Position numbers and translations under genes: made by a program. From assembly GCA_013416795.1 (NCBI GenBank), contig RQSC01001202.1, positions 166,907 to 220,329 on the forward strand: 53,423 nt of DNA. Reading direction: 5' to 3'. Shown in pieces: positions 33,122 through 46,405 of the stretch. The notes beneath the pieces were generated by a model. The model saw nothing but the letters and a program-made list of their open reading frames with translations, had not been told where the DNA came from and did no database searches. Position 1 is the stretch's first letter. Every line of letters begins with the position of its first letter. This DNA is from Prasinococcaceae sp. CCMP 1430. Its lineage: Eukaryota > Plantae > Prasinodermophyta.

Positions 33122-36100
33122 TCAGTTGTACGAATCGCTTGCCGTCACCTCCGCGGCCTTGCCGCTGCCGCCCTCGAGAGTGTCGCGCACGTGCTCGCAT
33201 AGAGCGCGCAGCTGTGGGTCGGCATCCATCAGAGCCGCGCCGCGGACGGCGCCGAGCACTTCATCGAGATCGAGCGCACTAGTCACGCTATCGTCGGCCG
33301 AAAGGAGCGCTGCCAGGAGGCGCGCCGCGGAAGAACGAGCTGCCTGGTGAGCCGCGGGCGCGCACGACAGCAATTGCGTTGAAGAGAGGTTGAAAGTCAG
33401 CGCGAGCGCGCGCACACGCGAAGGAGGACCCGGGGGGCATGCGCGCGCCTCCGCACCTGTCCTGCCGACGGCGACGCGAGCGCTGCCGCCGCCACCGCCC
33501 CGAGGTCTGCAGCGTATGGCGCCGCCGCCGCACCAACGTGGAAGACTGCAGTGAAGCACAGCTGGAGCGCAACTGCGTGGATGGCGTCGCGTTGGTCCGC
33601 GACCACCTCGCGAGCGCCGCCGTGGCGCAGCAAGGCCAGTGCGCGGGGAAGAGCGGCGCGCGCAAATGCCGCACGTTGCGCGTCGCCGCGCAGCATTTTG
33701 CAACAGCTGATCAGTGCGTTGCCCGCACAGATGCGCACGGGCAGAGCGAACGCATCCATCTCCACCTCGCCGCGCGCTTCCGTCGCAACCGTCGCTAATT
33801 CAGGCTCACGTGAGTCCACGAAGCATCGTGGCACGGCACTTGTTCCCGCCATAACGCTCAGCAATGCGCACAGCACGTCGTCGGCCTCGACATCCCCGCC
33901 TGACGAACGCACGATGTCCTCATCCTGCCCGCCGCGGGTTTCCTTTGCGGTAGAAATTTCAACGATGAGGGGTGCACGCCCTCCTTCGCCGCCTCCGGGG
34001 CGGCCGTCCTCCCCCTTTACCCCAGTGGGAGAGTGCGCGCGCTCATGCGCATCCGCAAGCTGGGCTACGACGCATACGGCAAGTAGGTCGATCAATCCGA
34101 GCACCGCTCGACGCATTGCCGGGGCGCCATTCGAGGATGGCCGCACCGCGAGCGATCGCATCACACGGAATGCGCGCCGACGCAGAAGCGCAGCACGCCG
34201 TGGCAGTCGCGGCTCGCCAGCACGCGCAGTGAGACATGCGCATGCGGTGAAGAGCCAAGGCAGGCAAGCACCACATGCGACAGCGGTGGCATTCTCTCCG
34301 TTGTCCATTGACCGCAACACAACATCGAGTGCCTCCTGGACGCGCGGCAGCACAAATTCGGGTTCCAACCTACCCGCGAGCTCCGCTGCGACCTTCCGCA
34401 CCTCCTGCGGCGCAGCCGCGCAGCCCTGCACGAACAGGAGCACGTGTGCGATGCCGTTCTCCTCCCCGTCGTCACCATACATTGCGTTCGTGCCTTCCTC
34501 TGCAGACTTGGCAGAGTCTACCTCACCGGGTCGAACTATGGACGACACAGAGCCATCAGCGTCAAAAGCGGCGAGCGGTAGCACACGGAGAGCAAGGAGC
34601 GGCGCCAGGAGTTGCAGTAGGGACGCGCCTTCTGTTGTGGCGCCACCCACAGCGCCGTCCAAAACGAGCTTGACTCGGCAGAGCTCGTTGCGAGCCACCA
34701 GCAAATACGCATGCAACTGTGGCGTGCCACGCGTGAGCCAGGGTCCGAGAGCAGCCAGCATGCGCACGCGATGGGCCTCGGCGGGCGCCTCGAGCATCCT
34801 CTGAAGCACGAAGAGCGCAAAGCCCGCCAAATCTTCGATGTCGTCGCTCGCTCGGCTCACAGCGCAGCTGCCCTTGGCTTCTCCGGGCGACGAATGTTCG
34901 AGGAGCAACTCACCCACCATCGCCGTCGCGCGCTCCGCCGCGCGCGTGCGCTGATCGGCCGGCAGCCCCTCCGGCAGCAGGCGCTCGGGCCAGGCCCAAG
35001 CCAGGCGAACGTCTTGTGTGGCGACTGCGTCGGCGCCCTCCGTGCTTAGACGCGCCGCGGCGCACACCAGAGCGCGCAGCGTCGCCGCTTGTAGCCCGGA
35101 GCGCGCTGCGGCGCCTCGCAGCGCCTTCGATGCCGCAGCACGTTCGCGCTCATTCACTGAGCCGAGCGCCGACGTCAGCGGCGCAACAAAGCCTACGGCA
35201 TCCGCCAACGCTCTGGCGTCAACTTGCAGCGCCTCGTCATCTAGCGAATCCCTGCCAGCACCCGGTCCTCGTCGAGGGTTCGCGCGAAAGACTTCGGAGA
35301 CCTCCCAACGCGCGGCGAGGCTGTCGTCGGCCAGGTGCTCGAGTGCCGCGTGCCAGCATCGCGCGAGGATAGCGCGTGCGCGCTCAGAGTACGCGCTCTC
35401 GGCAAGGCTGCCTTGGCCATCTGGCGGCTCAACGCCATCGCCATTGCCGGCGTCAGCGCTCGTTGCTCCACGAGCGCGCAGTACTCCCGCTGCGCGCACC
35501 GCGGCAGCCCCAAGCGCCTCGAGCGCGTTCCGTCGCGTGGCAACCGCCACGCCATCGCCACTGCCCCCATCACTCGAACCGAGACGCTCGATCAGCGCCC
35601 CGAACGGTCCCTTATCGCCACACGCAAGCCACGCGTCGGTCACTGCCTTCGCCACCAACCTGGCGGCGGCCTGTGACATGCCGTCGACCTCATCAAGCAT
35701 CGTCAGCAGCGCCGGTGCAGCAGAAGCTAAGCCCTCCGCATGCTCGCCCTCGGGCGCTGCTGCTGCTTGCAACACTGAGGCTGCGAGCTCCTGGGCTCGC
35801 TCACCCTCGCTGCGGTGTCGTCTCGATGCGTCGGCACGGCGTGGGAGTGCGTGCGCCCTACGCGCCGCCGCCGCCGCCGCCGTCAATAGATCGCAGCGCG
35901 CGCTGGACGACGCCAATGCGTCGCCGCGCACACGCCCGAGATGTAGTGCCGCACACGCCAGAGCGTGGCACATGAGCGCGGCGGTGCGCGCCTGCAGCTC
36001 ATCGTCACTGCTGACCCGTGTGTTATCGTCGGCACTCCCGCGGACGCCATCACTGCCTGCCACTGGTGCCGCCCCAGCCATGGACAGCCAGCCTGTCGCA

Positions 36101-37450
36101 GTGCCCACCAGCTCGCCCGCATCGCCGCCCTGAAGCAGCGCCCGCGCGTAGTCCATCCAGCATACTGCCAACACCTCAGTGGCTGAGCTTCCGCCGCCTG
36201 CCTCTGCGATATGCTCGACTCGCGCGGCAGCGGCTTCACAGCCCGCCGCAAGGAGGGCCGCGCCGGAACTCATCGACTCGGCGCCGAGTGCGCGCAACAG
36301 TGGACCGAGAGAGGCTCGGTGTCGCCAGAGCGCCGAGCGCCCGCCACACTCCCGCACCTCTAATTCCTGCCTCACAGTAGCGCCTGCGCCCGCAACCGAG
36401 TCTTGATCGGATATCTCCACGATGAGCGGCTTCATCGTTCGGCGCGGGTTCTCGGTCTGTAGCTCAACAATGAGCGAAGAGCGCCCCCTGGCGCGGTCGC
36501 TCGAACCGTCGGCATTGGAGCCCTCCTTCGAGACTGCGCTCGTGCTCGCACCACAGCTGCTGCTCGGGCGATCGGATTCGACGCCAGACATTTCGGGTGA
36601 TGACGTAATGGCAGTCGGCTGCGAGTCTGCCCATCGCAGCGCGAGCGCTGCTGCTGCGCGCGCTGCGGCCGCACCGAGCTCCGTCGCAGCACCGACCGGG
36701 CCGTCGATGAGGGCGCACAGTGGCGCCATACAGGGCTCGACAACAGCGGCGAGCTCGCCGCGCCCACCGACGGTGCTACTTGTCTCGCCTCCCTCCTCAT
36801 TGCCTTCACCGCGATCCGTAGGAGCGCACAGTGCGAGCAGGCAGCAAGCGGCATTGAGTTGCCGTGCTGCATCGCAGCTCTGTCGAGCGTGAGGCACGGG
36901 TGCGCGCGCAGAAGGACAGCATTAGCGCGCGCCAGGGCGGCCTAGGCGGCGCCCCGCGTGCGCGTTCGCAGATGCGCCAGCCTACCCACACACTCTCCGG
37001 CGAGCGCCGAGACACCACGCACCTGGAGCGCCGTCACCATTGCCTGACTCGCCCCATGCGCTGCGCGCTCACCCGCGCTGCCACGCAGCACGCTGCGGAG
37101 CACCCGCAACGCGCCGCGCCTGCGCCGACGGCTGCTCGCCACCGCGCACGCGCCGGTCTCGAGCAGCGCGTCGATGACGGGATGATACGCGCTCCTGCTG
37201 CTTTCGACAGTGACGTCGTGCACTTGACCCTCCACGCCCTCCGCACAGGCCTCGCCAACGGCCAGCAGATCAGCGCGTAGAGCTGCCGAACGCGCATCGC
37301 CGATGCCGGCGCCGGCGCCGGCGCCGGCGCGCGCGCTGCGCACTCCCTCCTCGGCGGCGCCAGCCTTGGCGGCGGCCGCGCCTCGGCCATCACGTCGGAC
37401 CCACCTGGGCCGGGGGGCACGCACGGCGCGGCGCGCGCGCCGTGTGGCAT
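33122..37450 (-). CDS. Large ARM/HEAT-repeat protein (At3g57570-like); introns 36880-37022 and 33344-33456; start uncertain
   Basis: Helical ORF of more than 1100 aa. C-terminal GNALISCCK, LQLCFTAVFH...PY and DADPQLRALC resemble the plant family as I recall it. Confidence 0.7.
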
Positions 37451-37609
37451 CGGCGCGCCTTCGGGCACTTGAAGCACTTTCTCGAGCGTCAGCACTGACA
37501 CAGAGAGGGGGCAAAGGGGGGAAGGATGGGGTGGGTGGGGGGGCACAGGTGCGCGCAGCCGCGCGCGGCCCATGCGGGCGCGTGCGGGCGCGTGGCTTGG
37601 ACTGCGGCT

Positions 37610-40600
37610 ATGTCGGCCGCATGCAACCCCTCACCACGCGCAGCACCTCCGCTGCCGCCATCGCCTCGCCACGTCCGCTACGCATGGCTTCCAGCTGCGT
37701 CGGCGTTTGCGCTGGCAGCGGCCGCGCTGGCGCTCTTCTGCGGCGGCTTCATGCTCGCACGGGTCGAGCTTTCCACGCGCTCGCGCGGGGCACAGTTGCG
37801 GCCGCAACCACCTCGGCTCTTCGATGCCGTGGTAGTGATAGTCGTGGACGCGCTGCGCCCCGACATGGTCTTTCTGCCGGCCGGCGGTGGCAATGCGAGC
37901 GCGGCGGGCGCGCACGCGGCAGTCATGGAACGCACGCGCGCACTCGCTGCTGGGGAGTACTCCGACCTCGCCACTGGTAAGCTGCGCGCGCGCATGACAG
38001 AGCCCGCGGGGAGAGGGACGCACTAGAACACGGACAATCGCTCACTCCACCTTGCTCGCCTATTTCACACCATCCCACCCTGCCCTGCCCCACTTCACGC
38101 CCGCCACACACCACCACACACACATACGTGCTGTGCCGCAGCGCTTCGCTTCGTGGCAGATGCCCCTACCGCGACGCACCAGCGTCTGAAGGCGCTTGTG
38201 ACGGGCGGCCTGCCGACCTTCGTGGACATCGGCGACACCTTCAGCAGTGGCGCTCTTGGTGAGGACACGATCATCGAGCGCCTGCGCGAAGACATCGGCG
38301 GGGTGGTGTGGGGCTTTGGTGACGACACCTGGGGCAAGCTGCTGCCGGGCGCCTTCGACCACGCGAGGTTCTTTCCCAGCTTCGAGGTCAAGGTGCGGAC
38401 AGAGAGCGCCCAGTGAGCCAAGTGCGCGCGCGGCCAACGCGGCCGAGAGAGCGGGAGTGACTTCACTCCAGAGCTTGGCGCTCACGCGCTGCCGGGCGCG
38501 TTCACACGCGCCAACGCTCGCCACACCCGCAGGACCTCTACACGGTGGACGAGGGCGCTGCCTCCGAGCTCTCCGCTGCGCTGGAGAGGCCGCGCGGCAC
38601 TTGGGACGTGCTCATTTCGCATTTCCTGGGCGTGGACCATGCGGGCCACACGCACGCGGTTGCGCACGAGAGCATGCGCGAGCGATTGAGATTTGCTGAC
38701 AGTGTTGTGGACTCCACAGCGCGCGCGCTGGCGAGCGGGGCGCACGGCCGCGCGCTTCTGCTCGTGCTCGGCGATCACGGTCAGACAATGACGGGTGACC
38801 ACGGTGGGCAGGACCCTGAGGAGACGGACAGCGTTCTTGTGGCAGCAGTGCTCGGTGGCGGTGGCGCCGACAGCAGCTCGAGTGCGCAGGGCGCAGGTGT
38901 AGGCGGTGGCCCAGGGGATAGCCCTGTGCGGGGCGGTGGCGGTCTCGGAAGAGGCGGCGTGCGCAGGCAGCTGCACGACCACGTGAAGCTTCTGCGCGCG
39001 CACGCAGATATGGATGGGAACGCGAGCGCAGGTGAAACGGCAAATGCCCCCCGCTCGCTCATCCGCTGCTCTCAAACAGCAGTGCGGACATGGGCTGAGG
39101 ATTGCCTTCGCGTGATGCCGCAGCTGGACTTCGCAGCGACGCTCGCAATGCTGATGGGCGCGCGCGTGCCCTATAGCTCCTTGGGATCGGTGGACCCGGA
39201 GCTGTGGGCACTCGCGGCAGGGCATTACCGAGGTGCAAGTAGTAGTAGAGAAACTGGTAGCGGCGAAAGTGATCCGGGCGGTGACGGCGGCGAGGACGAT
39301 TTTAGCGCCGAGGACAGCGACGGGTTGGCGTGCGAGCTCGCGCGCAGCTACTCGCTCGCGCTCGAGCACAACGTCGTCCAGGTGAACGAGTACGTGCGGG
39401 CCTATGGCGAGGCGACGCGGCGCGGTGTTCAGAGCGTGGGAGGTTTCAATGGGATCGACGCGCTCTACGAGGCCGCAAGTACTACCGCGGATGCCGCGCG
39501 TGATCAACGCGAGTTGGGCAGTTCGGGGTGCGAGCATGCGCTTGCACACGTGCGCGCGAGCCGCGCGTACCTCACAGCCGTCGCTTCGCTCGCGAGGGCG
39601 CGCTGGACGACCTTCAACGTGCCCCTGATGGCCGCCGGTGCGACGCTGATGGCGCTGGTGGCGTGGGCTCACGCGCGAGGGCTCGCCCGCGCTCTACGCG
39701 GTGGCATCGATGCGCTCGGACTTGTTCTGCTCGCGTTCGAGTGTGTGGCGCACGCATCCTGCCTGATTTCAAACAGCCTGGTGGTGGCGGAAGGGGAGGC
39801 GCTGCGTGTGCTGTGCGTCGTTGGCGCTCTAAGCCTTCTTCGACGAGCATTGCGCTTGAGGGAGTCTGTGTTGGCCACGCTCGGGGTGCTTGTCTGCTGC
39901 AGTGCGATGGCAGCGTCTGCTTTTGCCGACGACGGCGCCGCCGCGCGACAACTCATGCGCGACGCTGACGGACAGGGCGAGGACGACCTCAATGGCGAGC
40001 TGGTGTTGACGTATTTGTCCGCCGTGGTGCTCGCTCTGTGCGCCGCCCCGGTGCTTGTGCGCGCGATGGGCAGCCTGCCCAAGGGCACGCGCAAAGGCGG
40101 CACGCATCAAGACGACTGGTTCCACGTTGTGCGACTGTGTTTCGCGTTGACAATCATCACATGGGGTGAGCTCGACTTGAATGCCAGTGGAGCACTCGCA
40201 TCTTGGCTTTCAGCTGCGGGTGCAAACGATGGCACTGCAGCGGCTGTGCATGCGATACTGCGCACTGCGTTGCCCCGCCTAGCCCTCGCGGCGCCACTTG
40301 TCGTGCTTGCATGGGCAGGTGTGCTTCGCCTAGCCGGCGTTAGAGGCGTCGGCAATGCGTCCTTTGGCGCGCTCATCGTTGGACCTCTTTTGCTGCTCCT
40401 GCTTGGACGCACCGCGAGCGCGCCAATGCTGTTCTTGCTCGGGGCGCTGGCGTGCCTGTTGTGGTATGCACGTGCGGCGTGCGAGGGCGGTGCAGCGCCG
40501 GAGGCGTCGATGATCCTGGCCGTGCTGCTGTGGCAGCGCGCGTGCGCCCTCTTTTTCTTCGCGACCGGGCACCGCTGCGTCCCGAGTGCCCTGCAGTATG

Positions 40601-41061
40601 GTGCGTCCTTCGTGGGCTTCGACACATTCGACTTTGTGCGCTGTGGCGCTGCGTTGGCGGGCAACACGTACGCGCATGCTATTCTCGGCGCCGCAGCGCT
40701 GCCTGCATTCGCTTCCGCGGCCTGCGGCGACTCATCATCGGCCGTCGCTGCCACTGCCGCAGACACTACCAGCATCAGCTCTGGTCCGCACGAGGACAAG
40801 CACGAGTCATGTGAATCTGCGAGGCAGTCCAACAGGCCAGACACGTACGCGCGCATGGTGGCCCGCACCGGTCTCGCGTACACGTTCGCGCCATCGCTCA
40901 ACCTGGCCGTCACGCTGGCGTTTACACTCGCTGAGCGTCGTCACTTGATGATGTGGGCGCTGTTCGCGCCGAAGCTGATGTATGACGCACTCGCGCTGCT
41001 CGTGGGCGCAGGAGCCGCGGCGATGGCTTGCGGTGCCGCGGTGACGCTGCGTAGCATGTAG
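37610..41061 (+). CDS. PIGO: GPI ethanolamine phosphate transferase 3 (PIG-O/Gpi13); exons 37610-37976, 38142-38392, 38533-41061
   Basis: Motifs VDALRPD, ADAPTATHQRLKALVTGGLPTFVD, GDDTW, HFLGVDHAGH, GDHG, FFATGH and RRHLMMWALFAPK. Confidence 0.93.
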
Positions 41062-41372
41062 TACTAATCTCAAGTAGTCCCACCCCACTAGCTAGGATTC
41101 ATCCCCGCGGTGGCGTAGAGTGAGTGTGCGATGTCTTGCGCGCGCGCCGCGCGCAGCTGGCTGGCGCGGTGAGGAATTTGACCCACGTTCGCGCCTGTTT
41201 TTTTTTTTTCCATTCTCCCGGCGCGCATGCTGCTTGGGCGCGCGGCGGCGCAGGACCGGACCCGCTCGCAGCCGCCGCGGCGTGCCGCCACAGTGTCGCA
41301 CTGCCCAGCACGCAGCGCGCACGTGCGCACGCCCGTGTGTGTGGGAGGGGTTAGGACGCTGCGCGTCTGTTC

Positions 41373-42016
41373 ATGGAGGGCTTCGAGGTGGCGGTAGCGT
41401 TCCGCTGCGGTGCCTGCGCCACCGCCGGCGGCCGTGTTGCGCCCGATGCGCGCCGCGGCGCGCTGCGCGTGGGCGTGAGCGCCGACGACGGCGCGACGCA
41501 CGTGCAGTGGGCACCGCGAGCTGGCAAGGTGCGGCGGCGCGGCGCGCGATGGCGTGGCGAGCTGCGGCAGCAGGCGGCGACGCGCTTGCGCGAAGGATCA
41601 GGCGCGCGTGCAACGCGCGCGCTGCCGTGCTAACGAGAGCGTCCGCGCCGCCACCAGGAGCTGCCCACCTTCGGGAGCACCGAGACGGATCTCATGGTCT
41701 TCCCGGGTGAGGCACGCATCGAGACCGTGGGCAACCCGGCGAGTCGCATCTTCATGCTAACGTACGGCGCAGGCCCGCGCGACACGCGCGTCTTCTTCTG
41801 GATGCAAGAACCAGATGCGGCGGGTGACGCATCGCGGCTGGAGGCGGCCAACGCGGCAATCGTCGCACGCGCCGAGCCCTTCAAGACAACGCAGGCAGCA
41901 AGCGACCAGGCGGAGCAGCAAAAAGGGGAACACCAGCAGCAGCTGCTGCTGCAGCGGCAGGAGGAGGAGGAGAAGCAACGTCAACAGCAGCAGAAGGAGG
42001 AGCAGCAACGGCAACA

Positions 42017-42065
<49 letters not shown>

Positions 42066-42485
42066 CAACATGCAGCACAGCCGGCATTGGCGGCACCCGG
42101 CCCCAGCTTGGTGGACCCGGGCGCGCTTGCGCGCATTCTCGCGGGCATTGCCGGAGCACCGGGCGCGCCGCGAGCACCCGAGCGCGAGCCTCTCTCTCTT
42201 GGCGACGTGCTCGAACCAGAGCGCGCCGCGCCCCTCCTCGCGCGCCCGGACGTGCGTGAGGCGCTCGCGCCATTCCTTCCCGAGTCGCAACGCACGGAGG
42301 CGGCCATGCGCGACACGCTCGCCAGCCCGCAGCTCGCGCAGACGCTCGCGGCCTTCACGGCCGCGTTGCAGAGCGGCCAGGTTGACACGCGCCAGTTCGG
42401 CGTCGATGTCGACGGCTTCGGAGTAGAGGCGTTCCTCGACGCCATCGTGCGCGCCGCTGAGCGCAAGGCCGATGGCGAGCAGTGA
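41373..42485 (+). CDS. RPN13: Proteasome ubiquitin receptor Rpn13/ADRM1 with polyQ linker; intron 41529-41657
   Basis: Pru domain (DLMVFPGEA, FFWMQE) and DEUBAD/UCH37-binding C-terminus (SPQLAQTLAAFTAALQSG, VEAFL). Confidence 0.88.
41915..42070 (+). repeat. CAG/CAA polyQ tract
   Basis: Directly visible. Confidence 0.9.
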
Positions 42486-42651
42486 AGTGTTTGTAGCGAA
42501 TGTCGGTTTCGAAGTCACGATTGCTGTTGTGTTGTGCAGCATTGAAGAGTAGTACTCTCTAGCTAGGCATGCGCATACGCACAAGCAGCGCGTGCCACAG
42601 AGCGCGCCCCGAGGGAGCCTATCAAGCGTGTGTCCTTGTGGTGGGTGGGTA

Positions 42652-43678
42652 GGCCGCGTGCTGGTGCCGTCCTCTGCTGCTGCACGCGGCGCCGCCCGCG
42701 GAGCTCGCCGCCGCGCCCGGCTACGACGCGGCGAGCAATGCGCTCACGGTGGACGTGTACGTGAGCACCGCGCCGGAGTGGATGGGCCCGCCCAGCGAGA
42801 TGTACTGCACGGCGATCGCCGGCATGCTGCGCGAGGTGAGGGGCGAGAAGACGCACGCGCGCATGCGCACGCGCAGGCACGCACGCGCACGCACACGTGC
42901 GCGCAGGCGCACGCGTGCACAGGGACGCACGCACACACACGCGCACGAACACACACGCTCGTACAGACTTGCACACACTCACATGCTGACTTACTCGCGC
43001 TTGCGCTTGCGCTTGAACCCGTCTCTGTTACGAGCGCCGCAGGTGTGGGGCCCGCGCGCCTGCAGCTGCGAGCGCCCCCTGCGCGTGCGCGCGGTGCTCT
43101 CGGGCGTCCGCGGCGCGGCGGCGGCGCTCGCGGCGTCGGCCTTCGGTGCGGTGCTCGCGGAGGGGGGCGGCATGCGCACATCGGAGGGCTTCGGCGCGAG
43201 CACGGTGGAGCGCGGCCACTGGAGCCACCCTGGCGCGCGGGGGCTCTCGTTGCCGGCGCTGCTCGTCGAGATGAACCTGCACGCACACGACGCGCGCACA
43301 CACAAAGGCGCGCCCGCAAACGGCATGCGCACACACGTGGACACACGCGAAGCAGCAATCGCACACAAAGGCACACCCGCACACGACACAAACACACACG
43401 CCGATGGCGCTCTCGTCGCGCAGGAGCATGCACGCACACACGACAGCGTGCACATCGGCGATGAGGACGGGCCGCGCACGCCGCCGCACGAGCTCGTGGG
43501 CATCGAGCACGCCCTGCTGGCGCTGGGCGTGGGCTCGACGCGCGCGCTCCTCTCACACGCGGGCGCGTGCGAGGGACAAGACAGCGGGGAGGACGTGCGT
43601 GGCGGCGCCGTCCGCGCACTCTTCCGCGCGCGCGAGTGGGCGTGGCTGCGGGCCACGGCGGCGGAGGTCGGCGGGTGA
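42652..43678 (+). CDS. Hypothetical protein, 5' end not found; intron 42836-43042
   Basis: Coding-like exons flank a GTGAG...GCTGAC...CAG intron. No recognisable family. Confidence 0.35.
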
Positions 43679-43988
43679 CGCGTGGGAGTGAAGACACCTC
43701 ATTTTTTATCGGCGCGGAGTCGCAGCATCGCGCGGCCGGGGCGCGCCTGCACCCGCAAAGCACCCCGACCAGCGCAGGCGGCGCGGCATATGCACGCGCG
43801 CAGGGGAGGAAGAGGAAGAGGAAGAGGGCGAGGGGATGGATGGAGGGGGAGAGAGAGCACGAGCGCGCGCGCAGCGACGCGGGGCGCGGGCTCGAGCGCC
43901 GCGGCCGCGCCTGTGTTTCACGTGGGCAATGTATGTACACGCGCGGCGCGAGCGCCGTCGCGGGGCCGATCGAGCGCGCTCGCGCGGC

Positions 43989-44767
43989 CTACGCCTCCAT
44001 GGCGTCCGCCTCCTCCCCGCCGGCGTCGTCGCCTGCGTCGGCTGCCGCGCCCTCGCCCCCCGCGCCCGAGACCTCCATGCCCTCGCCGCCCTCGCCCTCG
44101 CCCTCGCCCTCGCCCTCGCCCTCGCCGCCCAGCGCCGCCGCGATGTACGGCGCGACGGCCTCGCCGTCGAGCACGGTGAAGTCCTTTCCCTCGCCGACGT
44201 ACGCCACCGTTGCGTTGGCGGCGGTGAGCTCCACGTCGGTGGGGCACGTCTCCTTGAGCGCGAGCAGCGCGTGCCGCACGAGGTCGTCGAGGTCCATCTC
44301 CGGGAAGCTCTCGTACGTGCGCTCGAGGTACGTCTTGGCCGCCTGCGATCGCGCGCCGATGGCGATCGCACGGTACTCGTAGTAGTTACCGCTGGGGCAC
44401 GTCTGGTAGAGGTGCGCCCCCGTCTTGTCGTAGCCCGCCACCAGCAGGCCCACGCCGTACGGCCGCGCCCACGAACGCGCCGTCTTGACCTGCGACTTGT
44501 CCGCCACCTGCTCCACGAGGCGCCCCACCTGCATGGGCGTGTCGTACACGAAGTCGTGGTTGATGCACTCGTTGCGCATGTACTTGGTCAGCCCGCGCCC
44601 GTCGGCCGTCAGGCCGCTCATCGCCATGCCCATGTGCGAGGAGATCTCGAACACCTTGGGCTGGTGCGACGACAGCTCCGACGACGACCGCTTGAGCGCC
44701 GCCAGCACCACGTGCCGGCGCGACTGCGCGCCCACGCACGCCGAGCCCTGCTTGACGGCCTCCATCG
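43989..44767 (-). CDS. PSMA1: 20S proteasome subunit alpha type-1 (alpha6); first exon absent
   Basis: Motifs MEAVKQGS, ELSSHQ, GLTADGR, RPYGVGLLVAGYD, CPSGNY and IGARSQAAKTYLE, with an acidic tail. Confidence 0.95.
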
Positions 44768-44844
44768 CTGCCGAGCGGCAAGGAGGAGCGACGAGGCGTG
44801 GCGTGCAGGCGTGTCAGCGCTCCGCCCGCCGCCGATCGCGCGAG

Positions 44845-46244
44845 CAGGGAGCGGCGCTGGCAGCGGCGCTTGCCCTCGTGGCGCGCGTCGCTGTGGCCGC
44901 GCCGCCGCTGCCGTCGGGAGCACGGCGGCTCCTCGCGATTGCTGACGTGCACGGTGATCTCGGTGCTGCGGCACGAGCGCTGGCACTCGCCGGCGTCGCC
45001 GCCGTTGGCGCCAGCGCGAGGGATGGCGCTGTGGAATGGCTGGGAGGCAACTATACGACGCTGATACAGACGGGCGACCAGGTCGACCGCGGCCCGGACT
45101 CGCTGGAGGTCCTCGAGCTGTTCGAGGCGCTCACGGCGCTGGCCGCCAGCAGCGGCGGCCGCGCGGCGTCGCTCGTGGGCAATCATGAGCTCATGGTGCT
45201 GGCTGGGGAACACCGATACGCTCATCGCGAGGAGTTGGCGGCGCTTGCCGCGCGCGATGCCGCGCATGGCGCTGGGGCCGAGCGCGCTGCCGCCAGGGCG
45301 GGACTCTACGCGAGGATGCGCAGCGGCGCACAGGTGCGTGCGCCGGCGATCACTCCTGCTCATGAACAGTGGCAGACGGCGCGCGTGCGCGCCAAATGGC
45401 GACTGCGCATGTGTGCGTGCGGTGCTTGACTATCATTGACGACGAGGAGCTACGCGCGCTCCCTCAGCCGCGACCGCCCTCAGAATACGAGCTCGGCAGT
45501 GTTGCCGACGGCCAAAGTCTGTGGGTCGACGCCTTCGGGCCGGGCGGTGCGTATTTCGAGCTAGTGACGAACCGGCCGACCGCGCTGGTGGAAGGCGAAG
45601 GGGCATGCAAGACACTCTTTGTGCACGCTGGTGTGCTGCCGCAGGTCCTGCGAAGGTGCGTCGGAGCGCCACATCGGCGTGGGCCCGTAGGCGCCCGCGA
45701 GCGCGCGTGCACAGGGAATGATTTGCGCGCGCGCGCGCGCGCTGACCCGGCACACGCGCCGTCATTGCCATTGCTGCTTCCCATGCTGCCACCACCCGTG
45801 CGCAGGTACGGCAGCCTCACCGAGCTCAGTGCGGCTATGCAGGCGTCCGTGCGCGACGCTCGCTCGCTAGCTGCGCGTCACGACGCGCTGCAGGGTTCCC
45901 AAGGCCCGCTGTGGACTCGACACTACGCCGAAGACGCCGAGCGCGTCGTGTGCGCATCGCTCGAGCGCGTGCTGGCCGACGCGGGTGCCTCGCGCATGGT
46001 CGTAGGGCACACGGTGCAGAGAGAGGCGCGCCACCGGTGCGAGGGCAGGCTCGTGCTCTTGGACACGGGCATGAGCGCTATTTACAATGGCCACCCGTCC
46101 GTGTTTGGATGCGACGAGGCGGGGGGCCCTGACCGCTCTGGCACGACGTCGCGCGCGTGGCTCGTGACTGGCCCTAACGCGCGGCTGGTTGAGCTGCCTG
46201 CCGTCGAGCCGCCCCAGAGCAGCAGGCATCGTAGCGAGCTCTAG
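44845..46244 (+). CDS. Shewanella-like (SLP) calcineurin-like metallophosphoesterase with signal-like N-terminus; introns about 45334-45467 and 45656-45805; no start ATG found
   Basis: Motifs ADVHGD, GDQVDRG, GNHE, FVHAG, GPLWTR, MVVGHTVQ and LDTGMS. Confidence 0.88.
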
Positions 46245-46405
46245 CTCCTCGAGGCCTGTTTGTACTGTAATTGCAAAAGCGAACCCTTTTTCGGGATCGA
46301 ACCCATACCACGGGACCACCATTTCGACCCCTAACTCCATGCGCGTGCCGCGGATATCTTCCTTCCGCGGCGGCGGACGCTTCGGACAAGGACGACGACG
46401 AGGAC

